Positions 1 to 9,328 of a DNA stretch of 64,000 nt are shown here, piece after piece (within the stretch, counting starts at the first letter, position 1; every line of letters begins with the position of its first letter). Source of the stretch: a virus; IMG/VR virus record IMGVR_UViG_3300050343_000285, positions 64,001-128,000 of that record. One strand, written 5' to 3'. A program made the position numbers and the translations under genes. The notes beneath the pieces are model-generated. The model ran no database searches. It worked only from the letters and a program-made list of their open reading frames with translations, and had not been told where the DNA came from.

Positions 1-95
1 ATAAAGCAGAAACTAATGGTCCAGATTGTTTACTGTGGGAGGATATAGTAGAATGTTTTACTCCACCTCCAAATTTTTATGAAAATCAAAATTAA
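1..95 (+). CDS. 3' end of a gene truncated by the window edge (..KAETNGPDCLLWEDIVECFTPPPNFYENQN*)
   Basis: Open frame from base 3 to TAA at 93-95, 9 nt before the next ATG. Confidence 0.5.
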   Translation, partial: KAETNGPDCLLWEDIVECFTPPPNFYENQN

Positions 96-104
96 GTTTT
101 AAAA

Positions 105-692
105 ATGGAAACTTTCTTTTATCAAAATAAGGAATATTTTTTTCTTCATATACCTAAAACTGGGGGCAGTATGTGGAGGCATATGTTTGCTGATGTTATA
201 CCCGTAACAAAGAAGAAGCACGAATTTTTACAAGAAAAACTGAACGCTTATACCTTTACTATAATTAGAAATCCTTTAGATAGATTGGTTAGCGCCTTCT
301 TTTATTTAAAAGTAGGAGGAAAAAACAAATATGACAATCAAGCTTGTATAAAATATCATTTGCGCAATATTTCTTTTAATGAATTTGTAGAGGCTTTATA
401 TTTAGATACAGAGCATTATTCTTACATTCATTTTATACCTATGGTAAATAGGATTGGTGATATAAAGTTTTTTGATCGTATATGCTTATATGATAATTTA
501 GAAAAAGAAACTAAAGAAATGTATAAAATATTTCATAATAAAGAATTAGAAGGAAATATACCAATAATACTTAAAAGTAATCATAATAGATTTAATCTGT
601 ATTATGATAAAAAAACAAGGAAAATGACAGAGTCTATATATGAAGAAGATATATGTTTATATGAAACTATAAAAAAAAGACAACAGAATTAA
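105..692 (+). CDS. Sulfotransferase family 2 (HNK-1/carbohydrate sulfotransferase-like)
   Basis: 5'-PAPS motif FLHIPKTGGS and 3'-PAPS motif FTIIRNPLDRLVSAF. Confidence 0.85.
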   Translation: METFFYQNKEYFFLHIPKTGGSMWRHMFADVIPVTKKKHEFLQEKLNAYTFTIIRNPLDRLVSAFFYLKVGGKNKYDNQACIKYHLRNISFNEFVEALYLDTEHYSYIHFIPMVNRIGDIKFFDRICLYDNLEKETKEMYKIFHNKELEGNIPIILKSNHNRFNLYYDKKTRKMTESIYEEDICLYETIKKRQQN

Positions 693-732
693 CTGCTGTC
701 TTTAAATATATTATCATTTGCTTATAATAATA

Positions 733-1053
733 TTATGTTTTAGGCTGCCATTTATACCAGCCATTATTCTTCATGTAATTACCTTCAGCATCTTTTCTTT
801 TTGGAAAGAGAGTTCCACCTTTTTTATGTTGACCAAAGGAAAGAATTGCTCCACAGTCCATACAGCGTAATTCATAATATTCGTTGTCCTCGACAACTCT
901 AACCACAAACTTAATGTTTTCAGACCCACATACGCCACACTTAGCTTCTCCAAAAATTTCTTGTATATTTGCTATTTCTTTGAAAAGCTCTTTTTGACCA
1001 GCTCCATCTAATTCAAATTCAAGCTTATCCCCTACTTTGTACTTTGCTTTCAT
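733..1053 (-). CDS. Small zinc-finger protein of unknown function
   Basis: CGVC...CMDC pairs; ATGA overlap with the upstream gene. Confidence 0.6.
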   Translation of the reverse strand: MKAKYKVGDKLEFELDGAGQKELFKEIANIQEIFGEAKCGVCGSENIKFVVRVVEDNEYYELRCMDCGAILSFGQHKKGGTLFPKRKDAEGNYMKNNGWYKWQPKT

Positions 1054-1772
1054 AATAAACTCCAGTTGTTAACGTAACCCTTTATATTTTCTGGTATATC
1101 ATCCACCTTTTGTTGATATGATGATAACTCTCTTATAACCCTTAAAGCATCTTCATGCAAGATATTTTTAACATTATCCTGATTTATTCCAAGATTTTTA
1201 ATAATAGCTAAAACATCAATATCTAATCTTTTAGCTATTACATCTATAAAATTAATTTGATTGTTAGTTATTTTTGTGACATTATCTGCTCCAATATCGT
1301 CTTCTGTTGATTCTACAACTTCTTCAGCAGCTAGTACTTTTCTTAGCCTTAAAGCTCTTCTTAAAGATCTACCCTCAGCTCTAGTTTCTGCGACTGCCAC
1401 AGGATGGTTACGGAATACTTTATCGCAATTACCCCAGTATACATCCGCAGCTCCATTTACGGTTCGAATCTTTAAGGCATCATCTAAAGAGCTATCATTT
1501 ATATAATAACTTAAGGAGTGAATAACAGTGGCTCTTTTTTCATTGCTTGGTTGTGGAGATTGAACAACATCGGACGTAGACTCTATTATTGTGCAGTTCA
1601 TAGCTTTTTCAAACACTCGCCTCAAACCATCTGTTGTAGGATTTCCTTGAATTTTTTCATCTTCTGATAATAAAGATAGAACATGATCTGTCCATTCAAT
1701 ATCCCAAATAGAACATTTATCTTGTGTAGTTTTGGTTTCTGTTTTGGTTTCTGTTTTTTTAGCTCTAGGCAT
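1050..1772 (-). CDS. Putative single-strand annealing protein (Rad52/Sak/Erf-like)
   Basis: AVAETRAEGRSLRRAL resembles the A-E-T-x-A-x-G-R-A-L helix of SSAPs; short C-terminal helical domain after a linker. Confidence 0.5.
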   Translation of the reverse strand: MPRAKKTETKTETKTTQDKCSIWDIEWTDHVLSLLSEDEKIQGNPTTDGLRRVFEKAMNCTIIESTSDVVQSPQPSNEKRATVIHSLSYYINDSSLDDALKIRTVNGAADVYWGNCDKVFRNHPVAVAETRAEGRSLRRALRLRKVLAAEEVVESTEDDIGADNVTKITNNQINFIDVIAKRLDIDVLAIIKNLGINQDNVKNILHEDALRVIRELSSYQQKVDDIPENIKGYVNNWSLL

Positions 1773-2556
1773 TGTTATCCTCTATTTCTATAACTTTACT
1801 TACGGTATCGTTGATGTTATAAATAGTTTGTAATAGCTTATCACAAACAATCTTAGCTCTTGTCTTAGAGAAATCTTTCTTTTGCTTTACTCTAATCAGC
1901 TTATATCCTTTACCTATAATTAGACCAGTCTTCTTAGCATCATAGGTTATGTTTCTTTGTAAAACCTCTTCGCCCCACACAGACTCAAAATGTGAAGGAC
2001 CATCTACTTCGATAGCTATATTCATAGTAGGTAGGAATAAATCAATCTGCAACTTTGTATTAACTAAGAATTGTTCTTTATGGAAATCTACTTTAATGCT
2101 ATTATTTACTAAAAAGTTGAGTATAAAATGTTCCATCTTAGAACCCTTTTTACTACTTTCTCTCACAGCATAATTAGCTTTTTGTAGCATTTCATTTTTT
2201 TGTTGATCTGTTTTTTTATCCCATAATTTTTTTGACTGCTTCTTCTTTTTATCTATTGTCTTCTGATCTGCTTTTGACCAAGAATGTAAAACTCCTAGAC
2301 CTATTTTATCCTTTTCTTCTTGAGTTCTAGACCTTCCCTTGGTAGGATGTCGGTGTGAACCATTTTTAAGAGCATTTTTTTGAGCTTGTGATTTGTCACG
2401 AATCGGTATTTTAAACTTTTTAGCATCTCTTAAAATTTTATTAGGATAAGTATTATACTCTTTTGCTATATACTGAAAGCTTTGATCTTCTCCGACATAA
2501 ATATCTTGTATTAATTTTTGTTTTGCCGTTTCGTTAAGTGAATTATAATTTTTCAT
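1765..2556 (-). CDS. Vsr/DUF559-like endonuclease with basic NUMOD-like DNA-binding repeats (homing endonuclease-like)
   Basis: C-terminal QIDLFLP..IAIEVDGPSHF; N-terminal HTH plus KGRSRTQEEKDKI / RESSKKGSKME repeats. Confidence 0.7.
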   Translation of the reverse strand: MKNYNSLNETAKQKLIQDIYVGEDQSFQYIAKEYNTYPNKILRDAKKFKIPIRDKSQAQKNALKNGSHRHPTKGRSRTQEEKDKIGLGVLHSWSKADQKTIDKKKKQSKKLWDKKTDQQKNEMLQKANYAVRESSKKGSKMEHFILNFLVNNSIKVDFHKEQFLVNTKLQIDLFLPTMNIAIEVDGPSHFESVWGEEVLQRNITYDAKKTGLIIGKGYKLIRVKQKKDFSKTRAKIVCDKLLQTIYNINDTVSKVIEIEDNNA

Positions 2557-2890
2557 TATTTAATATTTCCCCTATTTGATACTTTATGTCTATTAATGTT
2601 TCTTGAGAATTTATATAATTTACATGATTGTCTATATTTTGCTTATCAAGTAATACGATATATTGTTTATTATAATCAAGATCTACTAATGTTTTAAAAT
2701 CTTTATGATTTATTACTAAAATATATTCGTTAACCATTTGTCCTATAAAAAAAGAATGGAAACAACTAATATTCATATCAATATAATTAAAATGATCAGC
2801 AATTATGCAAGCTTGGCCATTTTCTATTCCTTTATAGGTATTTATTATATCTTGATCTTCTGGATTAATAGATTCTTTATAGAGGAACAT
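2543..2890 (-). CDS. Hypothetical protein
   Basis: 115-aa ORF overlapping both neighbours. Confidence 0.55.
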   Translation of the reverse strand: MFLYKESINPEDQDIINTYKGIENGQACIIADHFNYIDMNISCFHSFFIGQMVNEYILVINHKDFKTLVDLDYNKQYIVLLDKQNIDNHVNYINSQETLIDIKYQIGEILNNEKL

Positions 2891-3551
2891 TGAGTCTAGT
2901 CCTTTTGATACAGTTTCTTATTTTACTAAGATCTTTTATTTCATATAAGTGACATATATTTTTATTAATTTTATATGGTTTAATTTCTATGTCGTGTTCT
3001 ATTAATGTGTTTATAATTTCAAATAAATACATATTATTGGATACATAATTCTGAACAATATTCTTACACTTATCAAAACTTTTTTGATTTATGTATATGA
3101 ATTCACAAGCTTTATTTTCTAAATCATAAAAAACAAATTTAACCCTATCATTGTTTATTGTGCAGCCTATTTTAGATTTAAAATTACTATTATTATTAAC
3201 TATTATAGAGTTATTCTTAATCTTAGTTTTACCCAGTATTTCCGTATCAAAAAACATTTCTACATTCATTATAGCTAAAGAAGAAGAGTTGACCATTTGA
3301 ATAGCTTTTTTAATAGCCGTTCCTATATTTGATGTTTGATTAGAATTATAATTAAGATATTTAACCCTAGAGCTAATAATACTATCTAAATATTCCCAAG
3401 ATCCTACTACAATAATTTTAGATCTTTTATAGGAGTTTAATATATTTTTGATTTGAAAATCTAAATATTTTTGTTTATATATTTTTTGCATATATAGACT
3501 ATGTTCTGATACAGAACCGATAGAAATGATAAAATTAGTATTTTGATTCAT
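2877..3551 (-). CDS. Divergent sugar-nucleotidyltransferase / GT-A-like protein
   Basis: KIIVVGS, YNSNQTSNIGTAIKKAI and AIMNVEMFF resemble NTP_transferase strands, but the GxGxR loop is absent. Confidence 0.4.
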   Translation of the reverse strand: MNQNTNFIISIGSVSEHSLYMQKIYKQKYLDFQIKNILNSYKRSKIIVVGSWEYLDSIISSRVKYLNYNSNQTSNIGTAIKKAIQMVNSSSLAIMNVEMFFDTEILGKTKIKNNSIIVNNNSNFKSKIGCTINNDRVKFVFYDLENKACEFIYINQKSFDKCKNIVQNYVSNNMYLFEIINTLIEHDIEIKPYKINKNICHLYEIKDLSKIRNCIKRTRLNVPL

Positions 3552-3973
3552 TGCTTTATAGCTTCTATATAATATTCAAATATATTAATATATTTTTTTA
3601 TAGTAATTTTCATACCCTGATCTTTAAGATATTGCAAAATGTCTCCCATGTTATGGATAGATTTTTTATCTGGATATATAACTTTCTTAATAGTTTCTGT
3701 TGGCATCATATCAAAAGTTACCGCAATACAAAGCTGTTTTAGATCTAAGCTTTGTATATATAAAACACCGCTTTTTTTAATTTTTGAGCATATTTTACTC
3801 AATAGAACAGGAACGTCTTCTGCTATAAAATAATCACAGGTATCTTGCAATATTACCGATTCTAATGATTCTGATTCATAATTATTAAGATTGTCGATAT
3901 TTTCATACGAACTATTCGACGGCTGCAATTCTTGTTCAGTTACGTGAAAAAAAATAGATTTTTTATTATTCAT
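3548..3973 (-). CDS. Short class I SAM-methyltransferase-like protein
   Basis: ESLESVILQDTCDY..VLLSKICSKIKKSGVLYIQSLD resembles the Methyltransf_11 C-terminal motifs; glycine loop not evident. Confidence 0.45.
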   Translation of the reverse strand: MNNKKSIFFHVTEQELQPSNSSYENIDNLNNYESESLESVILQDTCDYFIAEDVPVLLSKICSKIKKSGVLYIQSLDLKQLCIAVTFDMMPTETIKKVIYPDKKSIHNMGDILQYLKDQGMKITIKKYINIFEYYIEAIKQ

Positions 3974-4424
3974 AGTATTGAAAAAGTTTCTTATAAGTTT
4001 TAAAGATTATTTCTGACCATATATCAATATTATTACCTTGGTCTTTTTCTAATATTTTATGATAGGGTTCAGACCACGAGGTAGCAATTTTTTCATTTAA
4101 TGCCACTTTATATGTACAAGGAAGTGAGTATGCTTGTGTTTCTGTGATATTTTTAGGTTTTATATCATGTTCAATTAAAAGTATAGGTATATGAAATTGT
4201 ATAGAAATATTTTTACATTTTTCATGAAATAAAATTTTATTATTACATATAATCAAATGTGGAGAGTCTTTACCAAAATATAGTTGATCAAAATTTAATA
4301 AATTATGTCCAAGCTTTTTAATATTTTGCTTAAAGATCGATTGGTCTATTTCTGTCCATATAATATTAATATGATTATTCTTGTCCAGATGTTCTCTGGA
4401 TAATATACCACTTATTGAATTCAT
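3966..4424 (-). CDS. Hypothetical protein, possibly a glycosyltransferase N-terminal-like domain
   Basis: 152-aa ORF coupled to the GT4 gene; PHLIICNN..IPILLIEH. Confidence 0.45.
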   Translation of the reverse strand: MNSISGILSREHLDKNNHINIIWTEIDQSIFKQNIKKLGHNLLNFDQLYFGKDSPHLIICNNKILFHEKCKNISIQFHIPILLIEHDIKPKNITETQAYSLPCTYKVALNEKIATSWSEPYHKILEKDQGNNIDIWSEIIFKTYKKLFQYYE

Positions 4425-5527
4425 TTTAGTAAGCCTTCCACAAAAGCTTTTTCAGAAAACATTTCTCTATCAAAATTATTAATCTTATTGCTTTTTTCTG
4501 TATTTTTTGTTTCGTACGCCAGTCTCATTTGCTGTTGTATAGAATTTAAAAATGGTTCTCTCCATTTTTCATATACAGTAAAAGTATTTTCTATATAAAA
4601 GTCTTTACTGTACACATTAGTTAATAGGCTGTCTATTACAAACCCATTTTTATTATTAATGTATGTATTTGGACCAGTATCTTTGTTAACTATCGTTAGA
4701 TTTTTAAATAACATTGACTCAATAGCTGAAGCACCAAAAGCTTCTGCTTTACACACATCTACATAACAGTCACATTGGTTATGTAATCTCATTATATATT
4801 CTTGTTCATAATATCCAATTATAATTTTTGGTATTTGTATATTTTTTTCCTGAATCCTTAATGCTTTTTCTACTTGCTGTATATCATAAGCTACTATATG
4901 TTCTGCTTCTTGATTATCAAATCCATCAATATCTGTTTTAATAACTAATTTAACATCATCGTGTTTTTTGAACTCCAAAAAAAATGCTGCTAGCAAAGCT
5001 TTTAAATTATTTTTATCTTGATGTTTAGCAATATAATAAAAAACAAAGTCATTATTTTTATCATTAAATATAGGGTCGTAATCTTGATCGAATTTACTTA
5101 AATCAAATGGTTCTGGTAAAATATTAATTTTAGTTTCACAACCAGCATCTATCATAGACGATCTAGACCATACAGACGGAGTAATAACTTTATCCATCAT
5201 ATTTAATCTTTCCACCCATCCTGTATGACCTATTCCATATGTATCTATTTCCGCTATTGCTACATTTTCTCCAAAATCGTAACGGTACTCAAAACAATTA
5301 GGATATCCATGTTGGATAACCATATCATAAGATTTACTGCTATTTTCTTCAAATTCATTATAATCTTTACCTGCTTCATTACCATAGTCCAAGTAGGGAG
5401 TAAAATAGATAGGACGAATAGATAGGTTAATATCAAAATTATAACCTAAAGCATCAACATATCTTCTGGCGGATCTACCTAGACCAGTGTTCTCTTTATA
5501 CGGACCTATGTACAGTATGTTTTTCAT
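4421..5527 (-). CDS. GT-B (GT4-like) glycosyltransferase
   Basis: NILYIGP..GLGRSAR; KNNLKALL; CDCYVDVCKAEAFGASAIESM (E-x7-E). Confidence 0.85.
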   Translation of the reverse strand: MKNILYIGPYKENTGLGRSARRYVDALGYNFDINLSIRPIYFTPYLDYGNEAGKDYNEFEENSSKSYDMVIQHGYPNCFEYRYDFGENVAIAEIDTYGIGHTGWVERLNMMDKVITPSVWSRSSMIDAGCETKINILPEPFDLSKFDQDYDPIFNDKNNDFVFYYIAKHQDKNNLKALLAAFFLEFKKHDDVKLVIKTDIDGFDNQEAEHIVAYDIQQVEKALRIQEKNIQIPKIIIGYYEQEYIMRLHNQCDCYVDVCKAEAFGASAIESMLFKNLTIVNKDTGPNTYINNKNGFVIDSLLTNVYSKDFYIENTFTVYEKWREPFLNSIQQQMRLAYETKNTEKSNKINNFDREMFSEKAFVEGLLK

Positions 5528-5528
5528 G

Positions 5529-7148
5529 TTAACGATAATCCAAGAAATCTCTGTTTGTTAATATCGAAATATCCTCTAGCACTTTATTTAAATTTATTTT
5601 ATTATTAAACCACATTTGTAGAATATTTACGGCCTGTTGTCTACCGAACTTAACAACCTCACTATCATTCATTATATAGCCAGTATTTAAAGAGCGTATA
5701 ATTTGTTGAATAAAAAATTGTTTCTTAAGGTGGGGCTCTTCTAAAACATTATCTATTACATAATAAACAAAGTCTCTATTAGAAGCAAGGTCTGGCATGT
5801 CCTTATTTAAAGAGTCAAAATATTCTTTACTAATAGGTGTCCATTTTATTTTACTTTTGGGAATACTATCAAAGATATTTTGAAAATTATTTGCTGTAAT
5901 ATCCCAAGAGTGTTTTTCAATAACATTTTTTCTAATTTTTGTTTTTAATTCTCGCCTTTGTATTAAATCCATGTCAATATAATTCTGTAAGATATCCAGA
6001 CAATGTTTGTCGTCAGGATATACTCTATCCGCACCACTTTCTTGTTCAGTAAAGTCACATTTAATATCTACTCCAAAACCATCAAGATCGTTTATTAAGT
6101 CTAACATAGCTCCATGTTTTACAGAAATAAAGGGTGTACCGCAAGATGCTGCTTCTAGTGGGGGTATACCAAAACCTTCACATATAGAATATTGTAAATA
6201 AATATCCATAGCATTATAAATCTTATGCATATCTGAATCTAACAATCCATTATTTACATTACATATGGTAAGCTTTTTTTGTTTACAATAAGGACATACA
6301 CATACCTCTCCATGCCATAACATAGGAGACCATTTAGAACAGCTCTTACATTTATAAGAGAATAATACATTATTAAAAACTTTATATCTTAATAATAATT
6401 CTGGAATATCCCACCCCTTACCTTCTGGATAGCTTGTGTGTAGATATAACAATATTTTTTTATTAGGATTTTGTTTTTGTAGTTTCGATATAAGTTTTAA
6501 AGTATTGGGTATTAATTTTCTTTTCGCATTTCTCATTACGCTACCAACCACAAAAGTATCAAGCTCTATAGATAGTTGTTGTCTGCAAGAGGTTTGGTTT
6601 TTTGGTTTAAAAATATTTGTATCTACAGAATCTTTAACCACACCCTTAATATCTAAATCATATTGTTGAGAAAGTTCTTTTTTAGCCCAGTCTGTATGTG
6701 TTAGTAATGTGTCGCAATGCTGCATGGCAGATAGCCACTCTTGCTTGAGAGGTAAAGAATCTATAGTTGGGGCTAAAATCCAGTGAAATTTATTTCTAAA
6801 AACAGAAGCTTCTTGATATATAGACATAAAGATATCTCTAAAGTCTACGACTACATCAGGTTTAAAATCAGCTAAAACTATATCAAAACGCCATTGACCA
6901 AATTGGTTAGTAAAATTAGCTTGATAGGATTCATGTCTTTCATCTGTTTTAGTAACTGCATTAGGATATATTTTCCATTTTTCTTCTTTAGGAATGTCGC
7001 AACTTCTGTAGCAAGATAGCTCGGCTATTTTATATTTATTAGAATCATAAAGCCTAGAAAGTAAAGACCTTGTGTAGTTACCATATCCAGAATTAATATG
7101 GCCAGATTCAGTACAGAATAATACTTTGAGTTTTTTATTATTAGGCAT
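5529..7148 (-). CDS. GT4 glycosyltransferase with an internal zinc-ribbon insertion
   Basis: SGYGNY, GSVMRNAKRKLIP, YNAMDIYLQYSICEGFGIPPLEAASCG. Start placed at ATG 7148 because the longer track start lies inside the ssb terminator. Confidence 0.85.
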   Translation of the reverse strand: MPNNKKLKVLFCTESGHINSGYGNYTRSLLSRLYDSNKYKIAELSCYRSCDIPKEEKWKIYPNAVTKTDERHESYQANFTNQFGQWRFDIVLADFKPDVVVDFRDIFMSIYQEASVFRNKFHWILAPTIDSLPLKQEWLSAMQHCDTLLTHTDWAKKELSQQYDLDIKGVVKDSVDTNIFKPKNQTSCRQQLSIELDTFVVGSVMRNAKRKLIPNTLKLISKLQKQNPNKKILLYLHTSYPEGKGWDIPELLLRYKVFNNVLFSYKCKSCSKWSPMLWHGEVCVCPYCKQKKLTICNVNNGLLDSDMHKIYNAMDIYLQYSICEGFGIPPLEAASCGTPFISVKHGAMLDLINDLDGFGVDIKCDFTEQESGADRVYPDDKHCLDILQNYIDMDLIQRRELKTKIRKNVIEKHSWDITANNFQNIFDSIPKSKIKWTPISKEYFDSLNKDMPDLASNRDFVYYVIDNVLEEPHLKKQFFIQQIIRSLNTGYIMNDSEVVKFGRQQAVNILQMWFNNKINLNKVLEDISILTNRDFLDYR

Positions 7149-7164
7149 AAATAAATTAGTCTCT

Positions 7165-7207
7165 ATAAAAAAAATGTGCGGAAGCCCCCACAACAAGACT
7201 TCCGCAC
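7165..7207 (-). terminator. Rho-independent terminator after ssb
   Basis: Minus strand GTGCGGAAGTC-loop-GGCTTCCGCAC stem followed by ATTTTTTTT. Confidence 0.8.
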
Positions 7208-7225
7208 TCACCACAGCAACCTATA

Positions 7226-7633
7226 TTAGAAAGCTACGGCAGGTTCTCCACTACTGTCCTGACTAGTCTCCTGACTATCTTTTTTGTTAGCGCCAGAAGA
7301 CTTAGAAATCTTCTGAATTCTAGCAAAATTATTTACCCTAACTTTCATTGTGGATCTTTTGATACCATCTTTTTCCCAGGAATCATTTCTTAATGATCCT
7401 TCGATCATGACTAAATCTCCCTTTCGGAAAGAATTGCCAATAGCTTCAGCGCCAGTGTCCCAAGCTTCGCAATTAACAAAGGTCGTAACCTTATCCTGCT
7501 CTCCATTATTCTTAGTAAATTCTCGTGAAACCGCTACGGTAAAATTAATCACAGCAGTTTCCCTGCCAGAAGTATTAACATATCTAAGTTCAGGGTCTCT
7601 AGCTATGTTACCTCTCAAAATTACTAAATTCAT
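7226..7633 (-). CDS. ssb: Single-stranded DNA-binding protein
   Basis: MNLVILRGNIARDPELR..FVNCEAW..GDLVMIEGSLR..W; acidic tail ending AVAF; AGGAG SD before ATG 7633. Confidence 0.95.
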   Translation of the reverse strand: MNLVILRGNIARDPELRYVNTSGRETAVINFTVAVSREFTKNNGEQDKVTTFVNCEAWDTGAEAIGNSFRKGDLVMIEGSLRNDSWEKDGIKRSTMKVRVNNFARIQKISKSSGANKKDSQETSQDSSGEPAVAF

Positions 7634-7687
7634 AACAACTCCTATTTTTATAAAACAATGTAAAAGTCTCAATTGACAACATATGTT

Positions 7688-7715
7688 ATTATAAGCTTTT
7701 CTAAGGTTGAGTCAA
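7688..7715 (-). promoter_or_regulatory. Sigma70-type promoter for ssb
   Basis: TTGACT-N16-TATAAT on the minus strand, overlapping the end of dnaE-C. Confidence 0.65.
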
Positions 7716-7717
7716 GC

Positions 7718-9328
7718 CTATACTTGCCAGCATTTCTTCACTATAAAAGAATCCTTATCCTTGGACCTATCTAATTTTAATATTAAAGTATTACCTTCCA
7801 TTAATAAATCTTTATATTTTGTATATTCTTCTGGAAACACAACAAGATCAGAAACTCCAGTAGAGTCTTCAGCTTTAACAAAAGCCATTTCCTGACCTGG
7901 ATTTAAACCCCTTTTGGTTTTGATAACATTTATATCTACAATTTCTGCTCCTAAAATAGGCTGTTTAGGGCAGTTGTTTTTTAATAGATCTTTACATTCT
8001 GCATTAGCCGTATATATATCACAACCATCAATTTTATGACAGGTTAGAGATATACCTAAATAGAATCTTTCATTACTAGCTAACCATTCTGGACTATCTT
8101 CTAAGTTGTAAGGCGGCTTATTTATACTATTGATGATAGATAATACTACATTCTTTCTCTTAGCTATCAGCTTTTTTTCTGTATTATCTATTAAGATAGC
8201 CAATGCTTTATCTATATCAATTTCTTTATCAAAAATTTTATTTAGTACAGACAGCTCTCTGTCGGTAAGACTATTTAAGTTTTCGTAGTAAAATAACATT
8301 TTATTTCTAGATATAGACAAAGTATCTATAGCTCCAACAGATATAATAGCTTTTGCTGCTGTAGAGTTGATATGTTGTAAAAATTCGCAATATAACTTAC
8401 CGAATCCCATATTTTTTAAATTAATATTATTTAATATTTCTGTAATTTTTTCATAAACTGAATCACCAACACCTTTAATATCAGTAAGACCAAAATAGAT
8501 ATTATTATCGTCTTGATCTATAAAAAATTCTTTTGATGGTTTTCGAATGCTAGGTTTATAAACATCTATACCCATTTGGTTAGCATTATTGACTAATTCT
8601 TGAATTTCTTTTAAGGGATCTATTTTATCTTTAGCAAATTTCATATATGCTGCAAAAAAATGTTTAGGAAAATGAGCTTTTATATAAGCAGACAAGTATG
8701 CATTATAAGCATAACTAACAGCATGACTTTTATTAAAACTATATCTTTGACTTTTTTCAATCCATCCAAACACCTGCTCAGCTTCTTCTTTTGATAATAT
8801 TTTAGCGGATGCTGTTTTTTTGATAAAAATCTTTTTAATCTTTTTCATTTCTTCTGGTTGTTTCTTACCGATAGCTTTTCTTAATTTATCAGCTTCGGTG
8901 AGATCGAAATTAGCAACACACTGACATATTTGCATAGCTTGTTCTTGATAAACCATTTCTCCATAGGTGGTTTTCAATATAGGTTCTAATGACTCATGGA
9001 AAAAGTCTACTTCTTCTTCTTGATTTTTTTTATCTATATAATGATTGCTAACAGACTTACCATCACGATAAGCTTCTAGACATCCCGGCCTCATGATACT
9101 TATCAAGGCAGAAAGCTGCTCTATATTGTTAGGTTTTAATTTCTTAGACATCATCTGACCTAGTCTAGATTCTAACTGAAAGCAACCCTTAGTATTCCCT
9201 TCAGATATTAAATTCCATGTTCTATTACAGCTTAGGCAAATATTTTCTAAACTAATATCTAAGTCAACGCTTCCGTCTTTTCCGACAGGAAACTCGCAAG
9301 CACAATCTGCAAATGTTATCGTTTTCAT
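7718..9328 (-). CDS. dnaE: DNA polymerase III alpha, C-terminal chain (fingers, HhH, OB)
   Basis: GCFQLES, MRPG, VYQEQ, ADKLRKAIGKK, YSFNKSHAVSY, YFGLTDIKGVG, OB-fold AFVKAEDSTG..VVFP. Confidence 0.95.
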   Translation of the reverse strand: MKTITFADCACEFPVGKDGSVDLDISLENICLSCNRTWNLISEGNTKGCFQLESRLGQMMSKKLKPNNIEQLSALISIMRPGCLEAYRDGKSVSNHYIDKKNQEEEVDFFHESLEPILKTTYGEMVYQEQAMQICQCVANFDLTEADKLRKAIGKKQPEEMKKIKKIFIKKTASAKILSKEEAEQVFGWIEKSQRYSFNKSHAVSYAYNAYLSAYIKAHFPKHFFAAYMKFAKDKIDPLKEIQELVNNANQMGIDVYKPSIRKPSKEFFIDQDDNNIYFGLTDIKGVGDSVYEKITEILNNINLKNMGFGKLYCEFLQHINSTAAKAIISVGAIDTLSISRNKMLFYYENLNSLTDRELSVLNKIFDKEIDIDKALAILIDNTEKKLIAKRKNVVLSIINSINKPPYNLEDSPEWLASNERFYLGISLTCHKIDGCDIYTANAECKDLLKNNCPKQPILGAEIVDINVIKTKRGLNPGQEMAFVKAEDSTGVSDLVVFPEEYTKYKDLLMEGNTLILKLDRSKDKDSFIVKKCWQV

